Positions 1 through 10,314 of a stretch of 64,000 nt of DNA are shown one piece after another. Every line of letters starts with the position of its first letter. The first letter of the stretch is position 1. The DNA is from an uncultured delta proteobacterium (GTDB lineage: Bacteria; Myxococcota_A; UBA9160; UBA4427), in NCBI GenBank assembly GCA_963822965.1, contig CAWGJT010000009.1, forward strand, positions 1 through 64,000. Reading direction: 5' to 3'. Position numbers and translations under genes: made by a program. The notes under the pieces are model-generated. The model saw only the letters and a list, made by a program, of their open reading frames with translations. It made no database searches and was not told the origin of the DNA.

Positions 1-320
1 CTTCCTCACCGAGCAGGCATGGCAGACCTACCGCCGCGGGAAGCTGGAAGAGCACCTGGTCGCGGGACGGCACGCGCAGGCGGCCTCTTCGACCTGGCAG
101 GCGGACCCCGGCGAGACCCGGGACGTCGCCGCGGAGCACCCCGAGATCGTCGACGGCGCACCGGCGCCGGGTCGTGGAGCTGACCCGCTCCCTGGGAACG
201 CGCCGGGGCGAGGACGCAAGCCTCTCCAGCGAGGACGCGGAGCGGCTGCGGGCGCTGGGCTATCTGCCGAAGACCGGCCCGCCGGAGGCAGCGCCGGCGC
301 GCCGAGGGCGAGCCTGCCGT
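1..320 (+). CDS. 3' end of sulfatase-like (AlkP superfamily) protein; partial, frameshifted, end approximate
   Basis: LFDL..DPGETRDVAAEHPEIV followed by EDAERLRALGYL, the same C-terminal signature as the seven downstream paralogs. Confidence 0.75.
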
Positions 321-425
321 AGGACGGCGGAGGACGGCAATCCGGGCGAACGGTCGCAGGAGCCGCCCGCGCCGGTCAGCGGGCCTCGGCGTCCAGCCGC
401 CGCAGCAGGGCGGGCTTCGGCAGCA

Positions 426-2013
426 TCAGCGTGTAGCGGTCTGCGGCGAGCTTGCGGTCCTCCAGGCGTGCCGTCGGGCCGCGCCGGTAGTGGGTCTGTA
501 CCCAGCGCGCGAGGAGCGGCGCCGAATTCGCCGACCGCGCGCGCCGGGATCTCGTCGAAGGGACGCTCGGGCCACATCACCAGCGCCGGCGGACGAGGCA
601 TCGAGACGCGCCACGAAGGCGCGCTCCTCCGCCTCGTCGAGGAAGGTTCCAGGCATCACGAGGTCGAGGTACCCCGGTCCGAGGCGATCCGCGATCACCT
701 GCAGCAGCGGCGCCGCACTGCAGTCGAGAACCCGCTCGCCGGGCGCCGAGAACCGTCGTATGCCCGCGACGAGATCGTCGACGAGACCCGCATAAGCCTC
801 GCTGTTGACGCCGACCCGGCCGTCGAGGGACGCGACCGGCTGCAGGCCCCGGTTCTCGGCATCCAGGAAGACATCCCCTCCCATGAAGAGCATCCAGAGC
901 GCGAAGACCGCGAGCGCCGTGGCCCATTGCAAGCGCGCGCCGGGCACCCCGCCCGCGCGCGCGCGCCACCAACGCAGCAGGGTGTAGGTCGCGTGGGCGA
1001 GCAGCAGGCAGACCGGCGGGATCGCCGAGTAGAGATGCGCGGCGTCCGACCGGCCCAGGGTGCGCAGGTAGTAGACCCCGCCGAAGACGACGAAGGCCGT
1101 CAGCAGCGGCTGTGCGAACGGCCGCCGCTTCGCGCAGGGCGCGCAGGCCAGCGCCCGGCGAGCACGAACGCGTAGCCGCGTACAGGACGAGGTAGAAGCG
1201 GAACTGCCAGGCCGCCCCCCAGCGCATGATCGCCCGCCGGCTGTCGCTCCGCGGCAGCCACTCGAGGGACGGCATGGTGAGGCTCTGGAGGTCGGTCATG
1301 ACGACCGGCCGCACCACCACCTCGCGCCACAGCGTGCCGAGCCCCACGCTCGCGCCGAACCACGCGACGACGGGCAGGACGACCAGGAGCAGCCCCGCCG
1401 CGTAGAGCCCCCAGTCGCGCAGCCAGCCGCGCCACGAGCCGCCGAGCGCCACGACGCCCACCGCCACGCCGAGGCTCACCGCGAACGCCGGCGTCAACCG
1501 GAAGAAGAGCGCGACACCCGCCAGCAGCCCCGCCACGAACGTCCAGCGCCGGTCGTTCGTCTCGATGCGCCGCGCGAAGGCCAGCAGCACGAGCACCGCG
1601 AAGACCAGGTAGCGATAGCCGAAGACGAGCTGGTAGCGATGCGCCGACGTCGCGGCGACGGCCAGCAGCAGCCCCGCGAGCAGCGCCCAGGCGGCCGGCA
1701 CGAGCTTGCGGCCGAGCGCGTAGAGGGCGACGCACAGGGCCACCACGAAGCCCGCGTAGAAGATCCGCGCCAGCACCACCCCCGGCGGATCGATCGCGTA
1801 CGCGAGCCAGGCCGGGAGCACGTGTCCGGGCGGGAACACCCAGAACACCTCGCGATAGAGGCTCCCGCCCCGGTGCAGGCCCATCGCCGCGTACAGCGGC
1901 CAGCCCTCGTCGAGCAGGTTGATCGAGTGGTGCGTGAACAGGGACTCGAAGCCGATGCTCGTGGCAGCGACCAGAAGAACGTGCAGCCACGAGGATGCGA
2001 GCAGGGACTTCAA
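426..2013 (-). CDS. GT-C-type (ArnT/PMT-like) polytopic membrane protein, several frameshifts
   Basis: First TM followed by NLLDEGWP and LYREVFWVFPPG, many hydrophobic segments; coding continues in ORF 426..947; resembles 8630..10297. Confidence 0.65.
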
Positions 2014-2187
2014 GAGCGGCGTGTCGACTCGGGGGCTCGAACGAGCCTCGTGGGGGACGCAAGCGAGCTTACCGGATCCCGCTGCGGCGCTGCAGGGCGA
2101 CCGGCAAGACCGGCATGCAAGTCCGGTCGCGTGCGGCGCGGGCCGACGAAACGAGCGGGCCCCCCGACCGACGCCGGAGACGCGCGG

Positions 2188-2216
2188 TTGAAGACGGTCT
2201 ATCCCATTGCTATATC
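2188..2216 (+). promoter_or_regulatory. Putative sigma70 promoter of the aldo/keto reductase gene
   Basis: TTGAAG-17 nt-TATATC with extended TG, an AT-rich patch in GC-rich DNA; GGGGAGG RBS at 2233-2239 before TTG at 2247. Confidence 0.45.
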
Positions 2217-2246
2217 AGGACTTTCTCGTTTCGGGGAGGCCCACCG

Positions 2247-3512
2247 TTGGACGACGCACGAGACGCGAGCCGCAGGTCCCGGAGCAGCGGGCTCCGCCGC
2301 CGGGAGTTCCTGAAGCAGGGCGGCGTGGCCGCCCTCGGCGTCGGGGCGTTCGCGTCCATGGGCGCCTCGGCGCTGGCCGCCGACGCGCCGGCCCGGGTCC
2401 GCCGCTACAAGACCCTCGGGAAGACGGGGCTGAAGATGCCCGACATCTCCTTCGGCACGGGGTCGCTCGTGGACGCGGAGCTCATCGCCTACGCGTACGA
2501 TCGGGGCATGACCTACTTCGACACCGCCGAGGGATACCCCCTGAAGCGACCCGGCCTGGCCGAGAAGCAGCTGGCCGTCGCGCTCGCGGGCAAGCGCGAC
2601 AAGGTGGTGATCGCATCCAAGCAGGTGACCGAGGCGAGCGATACCCGCAAGCAGATGATGGCCCGGCTCAACAAGAGCCTGCGACGGCTCCGCACCGACC
2701 ACATCGACGTCTACTTCAACCACGCGGTGAACGACGTCGATCGCATGAAGAACCCCGAATGGGCCGAGTTCGTCACCGTGGCGAAGAAGCAGGGCAAGAT
2801 CCGCTTCAGCGGCATGTCGGGCCACGGCGGCCACCTGCAGGAGTGCCTGGGCTATTCGCTCGACAACGGCCTCGTGGACGTGATCCTCACGGCCTACAAC
2901 TTCGGCCAGGATCCCGCCTTCTACGAGAAGTTCACCGCGAGCTTCGACATCGTGGCGAACCAGCAGGGGCTGCCGAAGGTGCTGAAGCGCGCCCACGACG
3001 CCGGCGTCGGCGTCGTCGTGATGAAGACCCTGATGGGCGCGAAGCTGAACGACATGCGGCCCTGGGAGAAGCCGGGGGGCACGTTCGCCCAGGCGGCCTT
3101 CCGATGGACGCTCTCGAATTCCGACGTGGACGGCCTGATCGTCTCCATGAAGACCCGCGCCCAGGTGGACGAGTACCTGGCGGCCTCGGGGACGGGGGCG
3201 CCCAGCGCGGCGGACGTCCGGCTGCTGCACGGCTACCTGGCCCGGAACGGGGAGAGCCAGTGCCGGCAGGGCTGCGGCACCTGCAGCGAGAGCTGCCCCT
3301 ACGGCGTTCCCATCTCCGACGTGCTGCGAACGCGCATGTACGCCCAGGACTACGGCGAGCCCGAGAACGCGCGGGTCGCCTACGCGGCTCTCGGCGCCGG
3401 CGCCTCGCCCTGTCTCTCCTGCGCCGATCCGGCCTGCGCGGACGCCTGCCCCTACGGCCTCGATCTGCCGAACCTGACCCGCACGACCCCCGAGGTCCTC
3501 GGCGTCAACTGA
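2247..3512 (+). CDS. Aldo/keto reductase with Tat signal and C-terminal 4Fe-4S dicluster domain
   Basis: RRREFLK twin-arginine signal, LGKTGL, YFDTAEGY, SLRRLRTDHID, C-terminal CRQGCGTCSESCP and CLSC..CADACP; TTG start after GGAGG. Confidence 0.88.
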   Translation: MDDARDASRRSRSSGLRRREFLKQGGVAALGVGAFASMGASALAADAPARVRRYKTLGKTGLKMPDISFGTGSLVDAELIAYAYDRGMTYFDTAEGYPLKRPGLAEKQLAVALAGKRDKVVIASKQVTEASDTRKQMMARLNKSLRRLRTDHIDVYFNHAVNDVDRMKNPEWAEFVTVAKKQGKIRFSGMSGHGGHLQECLGYSLDNGLVDVILTAYNFGQDPAFYEKFTASFDIVANQQGLPKVLKRAHDAGVGVVVMKTLMGAKLNDMRPWEKPGGTFAQAAFRWTLSNSDVDGLIVSMKTRAQVDEYLAASGTGAPSAADVRLLHGYLARNGESQCRQGCGTCSESCPYGVPISDVLRTRMYAQDYGEPENARVAYAALGAGASPCLSCADPACADACPYGLDLPNLTRTTPEVLGVN

Positions 3513-5558
3513 ACGGAGCAAAGACGCTGCGATCGGCGCTGGCTCTCGTCGCTGCTGGGAGGCGTCGCGCTCGGGACGTCCGTCGGCTGCTCGCGCGCGC
3601 CGGCTCCGGAGCCGGCGCGCGGCACCGAGGACGGGCAGTGGCGCAGCTACGCCGCCGACCCCCAGAGCACCCGCTACTCCCCGCTCGCCCAGATCGACGG
3701 GCACAACTTCGGCGACCTGCGCATCGCCTGGACGTGGACCTCCGCCGCGGTGAGCCTCCGCGACCGCATCATCGCGCTGAAGGAGGCCGGGCGCCCGATT
3801 CCGTTCCGGATCACCCCGTCCGTGGTGCTCTCGGACTTCCAGAACACGCCCCTGATGGTGGACGGCGTGCTCTACGGGGTGACGAACATCGGGCAGGTGT
3901 TCGCGCTGGACGCCACCACCGGCGCCGAGCGGTGGGTCTACGACCCCGAGTCGTACCGCGCGGCCCGAGGCTTCCTCGAGTTCCACTTCGCGAAGCACCG
4001 CGGGGTCACGTACTGGCGCTCGCGCGACGACCCCGACGACGAGCGCATCTTCCTGCCGTCCATCGACGCCTTCCTGATCGCCCTCGACGCGAAGACCGGG
4101 AAGCCCGTCGAGAGCTTCGGCGAGGCCGGCCGGGTCGATCTCATGGCCGGTCTGCGCGGCCCGCCGGGGCGCCGGCTGAAGGACGTCTTCCAGTCCTCGC
4201 CCGCCGCGCTCTACGGCGATACGTTGATCGTGGGCAACACCATCAACGACCGCCCGCCCCGGCGGGCCGGCATCCCGGGCGACCTGCGCGCCTACGACGC
4301 GCGAACCGGCGCCCTGCGCTGGACCTTCCACACGATTCCGGCGGAGGGCGAGGCCGGCACCGAGACCTGGGAGGGCGAGACCTGGCGCGAGGCGGGCGCG
4401 GCCAACGTGTGGGGGCCGATGAGCGTCGACCCCGAGCGGGGCCTCCTGTACGCCCCGACCTCCACGCCGACGAACGACTTCTACGGCGGCCACCGCAAGG
4501 GCGACGATCTGTTCGCCGAGACGTTGCTCTGCCTCGACGCCGAGACCGGGGAGCGCGTCTGGCACTTCCAGATCACCCACCACGGCCTCTGGGACTACGA
4601 CCTGGCCGCGCCGCCGGTGCTCTTCGACCTGCAGCACGAGGGCCGCACGATCCCCGCGGTCGTACAGGTGACGAAGCAGAGCATGGCGTTCGTCTTCGAT
4701 CGGGTGACCGGCGAGCCCGTCTGGCCCATCGAGGAGCGGCCGGTGCCCGCTTCGGACGTGCCCGGCGAACGCGCGTCGGCCACCCAGCCCTTCCCCACGA
4801 AGCCCCCGCCCTACGACCGACAGGGAACCTTCGAGGAGGACCTGATCGACTTCACGCCCGAGCTGCGGGCGGACGCGCTCGAGGTGTTCCGTCGCTACCG
4901 CACGGGACCGATCTACACGCCGCCGAGCCTCGAGGGAACGCTCACCCTGCCCGGGCCGTCGGGCGGCTCGAACTGGCAGGGCGCCGGGGTCGATCCCCGG
5001 ACCGGGGTGGTCTACGTACCCTCCCTCACCCTGCCGACGGTGCTGTCGGTCAAGAAGAGCGATCCTGCCGAATCGGACTTCCGCTACCAGACGGACCAGA
5101 GCCGCGGGGTGTGGTTTCCCGAGAACGCGTCGCGCGCCGCGGGGCTGCCGCTCTTCAAGCCGCCCTACTCGCGCATCAACGCCCTCGACATGCGCGACGG
5201 CTCGATCCTCTGGCAGGTCGCGAACGGTGACGGCCCGCGTCACCACCCCCGCCTCGAGGCGCTCCACCTGCCGCCCCTGGGCGCCGGCGTCCGCTCGTGC
5301 GTGCTCGTCACGAAGACCCTCGTGATCGCGGGCGAGGGGGCGGAGCTCTTCATCGACGAGTGGGGAGAGCCCCTGTTGCGGGCGTTCGACAAGCAGACCG
5401 GCGCGGAGCTGGGCCGGGTCCGCCTGCCCGCCAAGACCCGCGGCTGTCCCATGACCTACCTGCAGGACGGCGTGCAGTACCTGGTGGTCGCGGTCGCCGA
5501 CAACGACTCGGACCCCATGCTCGTCGCGCTCTCCCTGCCCGAGAAGCCGCAACCGTGA
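3509..5558 (+). CDS. PQQ-dependent dehydrogenase (quinoprotein glucose dehydrogenase-like), probable lipoprotein; start uncertain
   Basis: QWRSY..RYSPLAQI upstream of the listed ORF start, QNTPLMVDGVLY, repeated ALDAxTG..W PQQ motifs, HHGLWDYD, PMTY...QYLVVA; SVGC lipobox-like motif. Confidence 0.88.
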
Positions 5559-7159
5559 GGCGCATCGGGTTCGGCGCCGGCGGGGCGCGGCGCGCCGCGC
5601 GCGTCGCCGGCTGGCTGGGGCTCGCGGCCGTAGCGGCGGGATGCTCGGCGGATCCGGGAGCACCGGATTCGACGAGCCAGCCGCCCCCGCTGGCGCCCGG
5701 ACCGCGGCGCCCGGACATCGTGCTGGTGGTGCTCGACACCCTGCGCGCGGATCACCTGCCGGTCTACGGCTACGCCCGGCCGACGGCGCCGAGCCTCGAC
5801 GCGCTCGCCGCGGAGTCCACCGTCTACGAGAACGCCCACGCCGCGAGCTCGTGGACGCTGCCCTCGCACGCCTCGATCTTCACCGGGCTCTACCCCATCG
5901 CCCACCGCACCCACCACGAGCACCGCATGCTCGACCTCTCGTACGAGACCCTCGCCGAGGTGCTGCAGGGCTCGGGCTACCGGACGAACGCCGTGGTCTC
6001 GAACGCCATGCTCGCGCGCACGCGGCAGCTCGACCAAGGCTTCGACCACTACCTCGAGACCTGGCGTGGACTCTTCGGCAAGCATCCCAAGCTCTTTCCC
6101 GACCTCGAGACGAAGGAAGCGTGGCAGGGCGTCGAGGATCCGACCTTCCGTCGAGCCAAGAAGCAGCTCCGCCCCGAAGCGGACGAGAACTCGTACTTCC
6201 AGTTCCAGCGAATCGTCACGGACGAGCCCCGGAAGGAAGACGAGCCGGACTTCGTCTTCGTGAACCTCGTCGGCGTGCACTCCCCGTACGACTCGTCGGG
6301 TCCGTTCCACGACCGCTTCGTGCGCAACCCGTCACCAAGCCTCGAGGAGAACCACTGGGCCGAGTACTACGCCGGTCGGATCGACTTCACGCAGGAGCAG
6401 CTCGACCACCTCGTCGACCTCTACGACGCCGAGATCCTGCACGTCGACTACGTCGTCGGGCGCATGATCGAGGACCTGAAGGCCGCCGGACGCTGGGAGA
6501 ACACCCTCTTCGTCGTCACCTCGGACCACGGGGAGAACCTGGGCGACCACGGCCACGTGAGCCACGTGTTCTCGCTGAACGAGACCCTCACCCGGGTGCC
6601 GCTTCTCGTCCACTACCCGCCGCGCTTCCCGGCCGGCGTACGCATCGCGACGCCGGTGCTGCTCATCGACCTCTTCCCCACCCTGCTCGCCGCCGCCGGG
6701 ATGGACCGGGGCCATGCGGTCGACGGCAGGCTGCTGCCGCGCAGGCCGGACGACGCGCCTCCGGCGCGGCCCCGGTTCGCGGAGTACTACTACCCCTGGG
6801 AGAACATCCGCTTCATGATGAAGGTCTTCCAGGGAGACGTTCCCGGAATCGCTCGCCTGGAGCGCAGGCTGCGCTCGGTCACGGAGGGCGATCTCAAGCT
6901 CGTGTGGGGAAGCGACGGCCGCAACGAGCTCTACGACCTCGCCCGGGATCCCGGCGAGGACACCAACCTCATCGACGATCCCTCCCGGGCTCCGGAGCGC
7001 GACGCCCTGCTTCGAAGCCTGGACGCCTTCGTCGAGGAGCACGGCGGACGCACTCCCATCTCGCGCTTCGATCCGGCGCACCCGGACCGCCAGCCGGGCG
7101 AGGGCGGAACCCTCGATCCGGAGACGGTTCGGCAGCTCGAGGAGCTGGGCTATCTCTGA
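5555..7159 (+). CDS. Sulfatase-like AlkP-superfamily lipoprotein (Thr at nucleophile position)
   Basis: GTGA overlap with upstream stop; AAGC lipobox, DTLRADH, WTLPSHASIFTG, TSDHGE, LYDLARDPGE, C-terminal QLEELGYL. Confidence 0.88.
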   Translation: MRRIGFGAGGARRAARVAGWLGLAAVAAGCSADPGAPDSTSQPPPLAPGPRRPDIVLVVLDTLRADHLPVYGYARPTAPSLDALAAESTVYENAHAASSWTLPSHASIFTGLYPIAHRTHHEHRMLDLSYETLAEVLQGSGYRTNAVVSNAMLARTRQLDQGFDHYLETWRGLFGKHPKLFPDLETKEAWQGVEDPTFRRAKKQLRPEADENSYFQFQRIVTDEPRKEDEPDFVFVNLVGVHSPYDSSGPFHDRFVRNPSPSLEENHWAEYYAGRIDFTQEQLDHLVDLYDAEILHVDYVVGRMIEDLKAAGRWENTLFVVTSDHGENLGDHGHVSHVFSLNETLTRVPLLVHYPPRFPAGVRIATPVLLIDLFPTLLAAAGMDRGHAVDGRLLPRRPDDAPPARPRFAEYYYPWENIRFMMKVFQGDVPGIARLERRLRSVTEGDLKLVWGSDGRNELYDLARDPGEDTNLIDDPSRAPERDALLRSLDAFVEEHGGRTPISRFDPAHPDRQPGEGGTLDPETVRQLEELGYL

Positions 7160-7166
7160 GGCCCCC

Positions 7167-8633
7167 ATGACCGGTCGGCTGCGAGCCCACGACTGCGACC
7201 GCGCGCCTCGCCGGGCCTTCGCATGGCTCGGCCTCCAGACGATCGCCGCCCTCGGCCTCCTGCCGATCGCCGTCTCCGGCCTCCTGGCGATCGCCGCTCT
7301 GGGCCTCGGCTGCGCCCGGCGGGAGCCCGTCCGCAACGTCGTGCTGATCCTGCTCGACACCGTGCGCGTCGATCGCCTCTCCTGCTACGGCAACCCGGAG
7401 AAGACGTCGCCCACCCTCGACGCGCTCGCCGAGCAGGGCGTGCGCTTCGAGACGGTGGTCTCGAACGCCCCCTGGACCCTCCCGGCCATGGTGGGCCTCT
7501 TCGCGGGCGACTTTCCCACGGGCGAGGTGTACGGGGACGAGCTGCGCCGGTCGCTGGTGGAGCGCATCCACGACGAGGGCATCCTCACCGCCGCCTTCGT
7601 CGAGGGGGGCTTCCTCTCGGCGGACTTCGGCTTCGCCCTGGGCTTCGACGAGTTCCGCAACGGCGCCCTCGGCTACTTCCAGATCGGCGGCAAGCCGAAG
7701 GGCGCCCACTCGGTGGCGATCGACGAGACCTTCGGAGCCGCCGAGGCGTGGCTGCGGGAGCACCACGACGAGCGCTTCTTCCTGGTGATCCACACCTACG
7801 AGCCCCACACCCCCTACGAGAGAAGAGACTTCACGGCGGGCCTCGATTCCGGCGCGATCGGCGACACCTTCGAGATCGGCGACTCCGCCCTCGTCCGGAA
7901 GGGCCGGCTGCCGTTCGGCGACGTCGAGCGCCGCTACGTGCGCGCTCTCTACGACGGCGGCCTGCTCGAGAGCGACCGGCACGTCGCCCGGCTGCTCGCG
8001 ACCCTGCAGGAGCTGGGCATCCGCGACCAGACCGCGATGGTGGTGACCAGCGACCACGGCGAGGACATCGGCGGCCGCAAGCCCGAGTGGCCCGGCGTGC
8101 ACGGGCACAACCTCTACGACGAGCTGCTGCTCGTGCCGCTCATCATCCAGGATCCGACGCGGCACTACCCGGTCCAGCAGGTCACCGCCCAGGTGCGGAC
8201 GGTCGACACGTTCCCCACGATCCTCGACCTGCTCGGCGTGCCCTCGCCGCCCGGCGGACACGGCCGCAGCCTGCTGCCCCTGATGGAGGGCCGCGAGACC
8301 GACGACCGCTTCGCCTGGTCCCACGCGCCACGCGCCCCCTACTTCGGATTCGACGAGCGCTACGCGATCCGCACCGGGGGCCACAAGCTGATCCTGAGTC
8401 CGCTCGCGCACGGGAACACCGCCAAGGTGGAGCTCTACGATCTGCGCAGCGATCCGGCGGAGCGAGCGAACCTCGCCGCCCGCGATCGGGACGAGCGGGA
8501 CGACCTGCTGTCCCGACTCGCCGAGTTCCAGAAGGGCCTCGAGAAGCACGGCACCGTCCACTACCGCCTGCGCAAGAAGACCGCGGACCGGCAGGTGGAG
8601 GAGCGCCTGCGCGAGCTCGGCTACCTCGAATGA
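7167..8633 (+). CDS. Sulfatase-like AlkP-superfamily lipoprotein (Thr at nucleophile position)
   Basis: LGLGC lipobox, DTVRVDR, WTLPAM, HTYEPHTPY, TSDHGE, C-terminal RLRELGYLE. Confidence 0.88.
   Translation: MTGRLRAHDCDRAPRRAFAWLGLQTIAALGLLPIAVSGLLAIAALGLGCARREPVRNVVLILLDTVRVDRLSCYGNPEKTSPTLDALAEQGVRFETVVSNAPWTLPAMVGLFAGDFPTGEVYGDELRRSLVERIHDEGILTAAFVEGGFLSADFGFALGFDEFRNGALGYFQIGGKPKGAHSVAIDETFGAAEAWLREHHDERFFLVIHTYEPHTPYERRDFTAGLDSGAIGDTFEIGDSALVRKGRLPFGDVERRYVRALYDGGLLESDRHVARLLATLQELGIRDQTAMVVTSDHGEDIGGRKPEWPGVHGHNLYDELLLVPLIIQDPTRHYPVQQVTAQVRTVDTFPTILDLLGVPSPPGGHGRSLLPLMEGRETDDRFAWSHAPRAPYFGFDERYAIRTGGHKLILSPLAHGNTAKVELYDLRSDPAERANLAARDRDERDDLLSRLAEFQKGLEKHGTVHYRLRKKTADRQVEERLRELGYLE
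7241..7310 (+). repeat. Three degenerate 24-bp in-frame tandem copies in the signal peptide
   Basis: gatcgccgccctcggcctcctgcc / gatcgccgtctccggcctcctggc / gatcgccgctctgggcctcggc, encoding IAALGLLP-IAVSGLLA-IAALGLG. Confidence 0.7.
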
Positions 8634-10297
8634 GCGGGACGTGGCTGCGCCGGCCGGCCCTCGTCGCGCCCGCGCTGGCCGGGGCCTCCCTCGTCCTCTC
8701 GTTCCAGATGGCGGGCTACCGGCTGGCCGGGAGCGACGCCGGAGCGCTCCTCACCGCGGCGTCCCGCATCCTCCGGGGCGGGGTCTTCTATCGCGACGTC
8801 GACTCCTATCCCTTCCCGCTGGCCGCCTACACGCTGGCTCTCGTGATGCGGCTCTTCGGCGAGACGGTCGGCGTCTCGCGCGGGCTGGCGGCCGTGGTCT
8901 TCGCGGGCACCGTGCTGGCGCTCTACGCCACCGCCCTGCGCCTGCTGGGGCGCGACCGGGCGCTGGTCTTCGGCGTCTCGCTGCTGGCCTTCAAGCTGCT
9001 GGCCTGGCCCTCCTTCACGGCCTTCAGCTACTGGGACCTGGCCTTCGCGCTGGCGTGCGGCGCCGTCGCGCTGCTGGTGCGCCATCGCCCGGGAAGCGGC
9101 GCCGTCGGACCGGCGGCCGCGGGGCTGCTGGCGGGGCTGGCGGTGACCGCCAAGCAGAGCCTCGGGCTGCCGCTGTGCGCGGCGGCACTGCTCGTGCTGG
9201 CGGCTCCGCGGGGGGTGGCCGGTGCGCCGGCGGCGGAGCGGCCGCGGCGTCTCGCGGAGCCGACGTTCTTCGCGGGTGGCGCCGCGATTCCCGTGCTGGC
9301 GATGAGCGCATACTTCGCCGCCCAGGGCGTGCTGCCGCGCATGATCGAGAGCGGTCTCCTGCTTCCATTCTCGGACTACCTGCCCACGAGCAGCACCTCG
9401 TTCCTCGAGCCCCTGGCCTGGTGGCGCTTCGGCGGCCTGCAGGAGCTGCCCGGGCTCGCCTACTCGAGCGAGACGCTGTGGGCGATGCTCACCCATCGCC
9501 AGCTCCCCGCGGAGTCCCTGTACCCGGCGTTCTGGGGGCTCTCCGAGGCGCTCTCCCGCGCCATCTACACGTCGGTTCCCTGGGCGTTCGCACTCGTCGC
9601 CTGGCGCGGGCTGCGGGGTCGGGACGGCGTGCCGGACGCGCGCCGCGGGTCCCCGGCTCCGTTCGCGCTGCTCGCCGCGGGGGTCTTCGTCTCGGCCTTC
9701 CCGCGCGCCGACTTCGCCCACGTGATCGCCGTGTACCCGCTGGTGTGGCTGCTGCTCTTCGCGTTGTGGAGACCGGGGCCGCGCGGCCGCGCCCTCGAGG
9801 CGATCGCGGTCACCCTGGCCGTCGCCGGGTGCCTGACGCTCACGGTCCTCCAGCAGCGCCGGCTCACCCACCACCTCGAGCTGCCCCGCGCCGATCTCTG
9901 GATCTCTCCCGACAAGGCCTGGATCGAGTCCGCGGCGCGCTTCGTGATGGACGAAGTGCCGCCGGGCGAGCCCTTCTTCGTCTACGGCCACGAGGCCTAC
10001 TACTACTTCCTGACCGATCGCTACTCGCCCTGGCCCTACTCGCAGCTGTATCCGGGTCAGGCCGGCGGGGACGGGGGCCGGCGCCTCGCGGCCCGTCTCG
10101 CCCAGGCACCTCCGCTGCTCGTCCTGCGCGGCGCCACGCGCTTTCCGCGGACGACTCCCCTGCCCGAGTCCCTGCCCGTGCTCGACACCTGGATCCGCGA
10201 GCACTACGAGCCCGACGACGCCGTGTTCGAGCGCCATCCGCCCGACGGTCCCCCGCCGCCCACGCGCCGGTTCCGCATGCTGCGCTGGCGAGGCTGA
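8630..10297 (+). CDS. GT-C-type polytopic membrane protein
   Basis: ATGA overlap; AGSDAG..ILRGGVFYRDVDSYPFP, AKQSLG, about ten hydrophobic segments, soluble tail with YYYFLTDR. Confidence 0.7.
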   Translation: MSGTWLRRPALVAPALAGASLVLSFQMAGYRLAGSDAGALLTAASRILRGGVFYRDVDSYPFPLAAYTLALVMRLFGETVGVSRGLAAVVFAGTVLALYATALRLLGRDRALVFGVSLLAFKLLAWPSFTAFSYWDLAFALACGAVALLVRHRPGSGAVGPAAAGLLAGLAVTAKQSLGLPLCAAALLVLAAPRGVAGAPAAERPRRLAEPTFFAGGAAIPVLAMSAYFAAQGVLPRMIESGLLLPFSDYLPTSSTSFLEPLAWWRFGGLQELPGLAYSSETLWAMLTHRQLPAESLYPAFWGLSEALSRAIYTSVPWAFALVAWRGLRGRDGVPDARRGSPAPFALLAAGVFVSAFPRADFAHVIAVYPLVWLLLFALWRPGPRGRALEAIAVTLAVAGCLTLTVLQQRRLTHHLELPRADLWISPDKAWIESAARFVMDEVPPGEPFFVYGHEAYYYFLTDRYSPWPYSQLYPGQAGGDGGRRLAARLAQAPPLLVLRGATRFPRTTPLPESLPVLDTWIREHYEPDDAVFERHPPDGPPPPTRRFRMLRWRG

Positions 10298-10314
10298 GGG
10301 ACCCGCGCGGGCGC

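Noticed and set aside
2199..5663. Very long antisense or alternate-frame ORFs (also 52481..55204, 57613..60717, 8641..11682)
   Set aside because: Shadow ORFs expected in high-GC DNA. They are Arg/Gly/Pro-rich, lack motifs and overlap well-supported genes.
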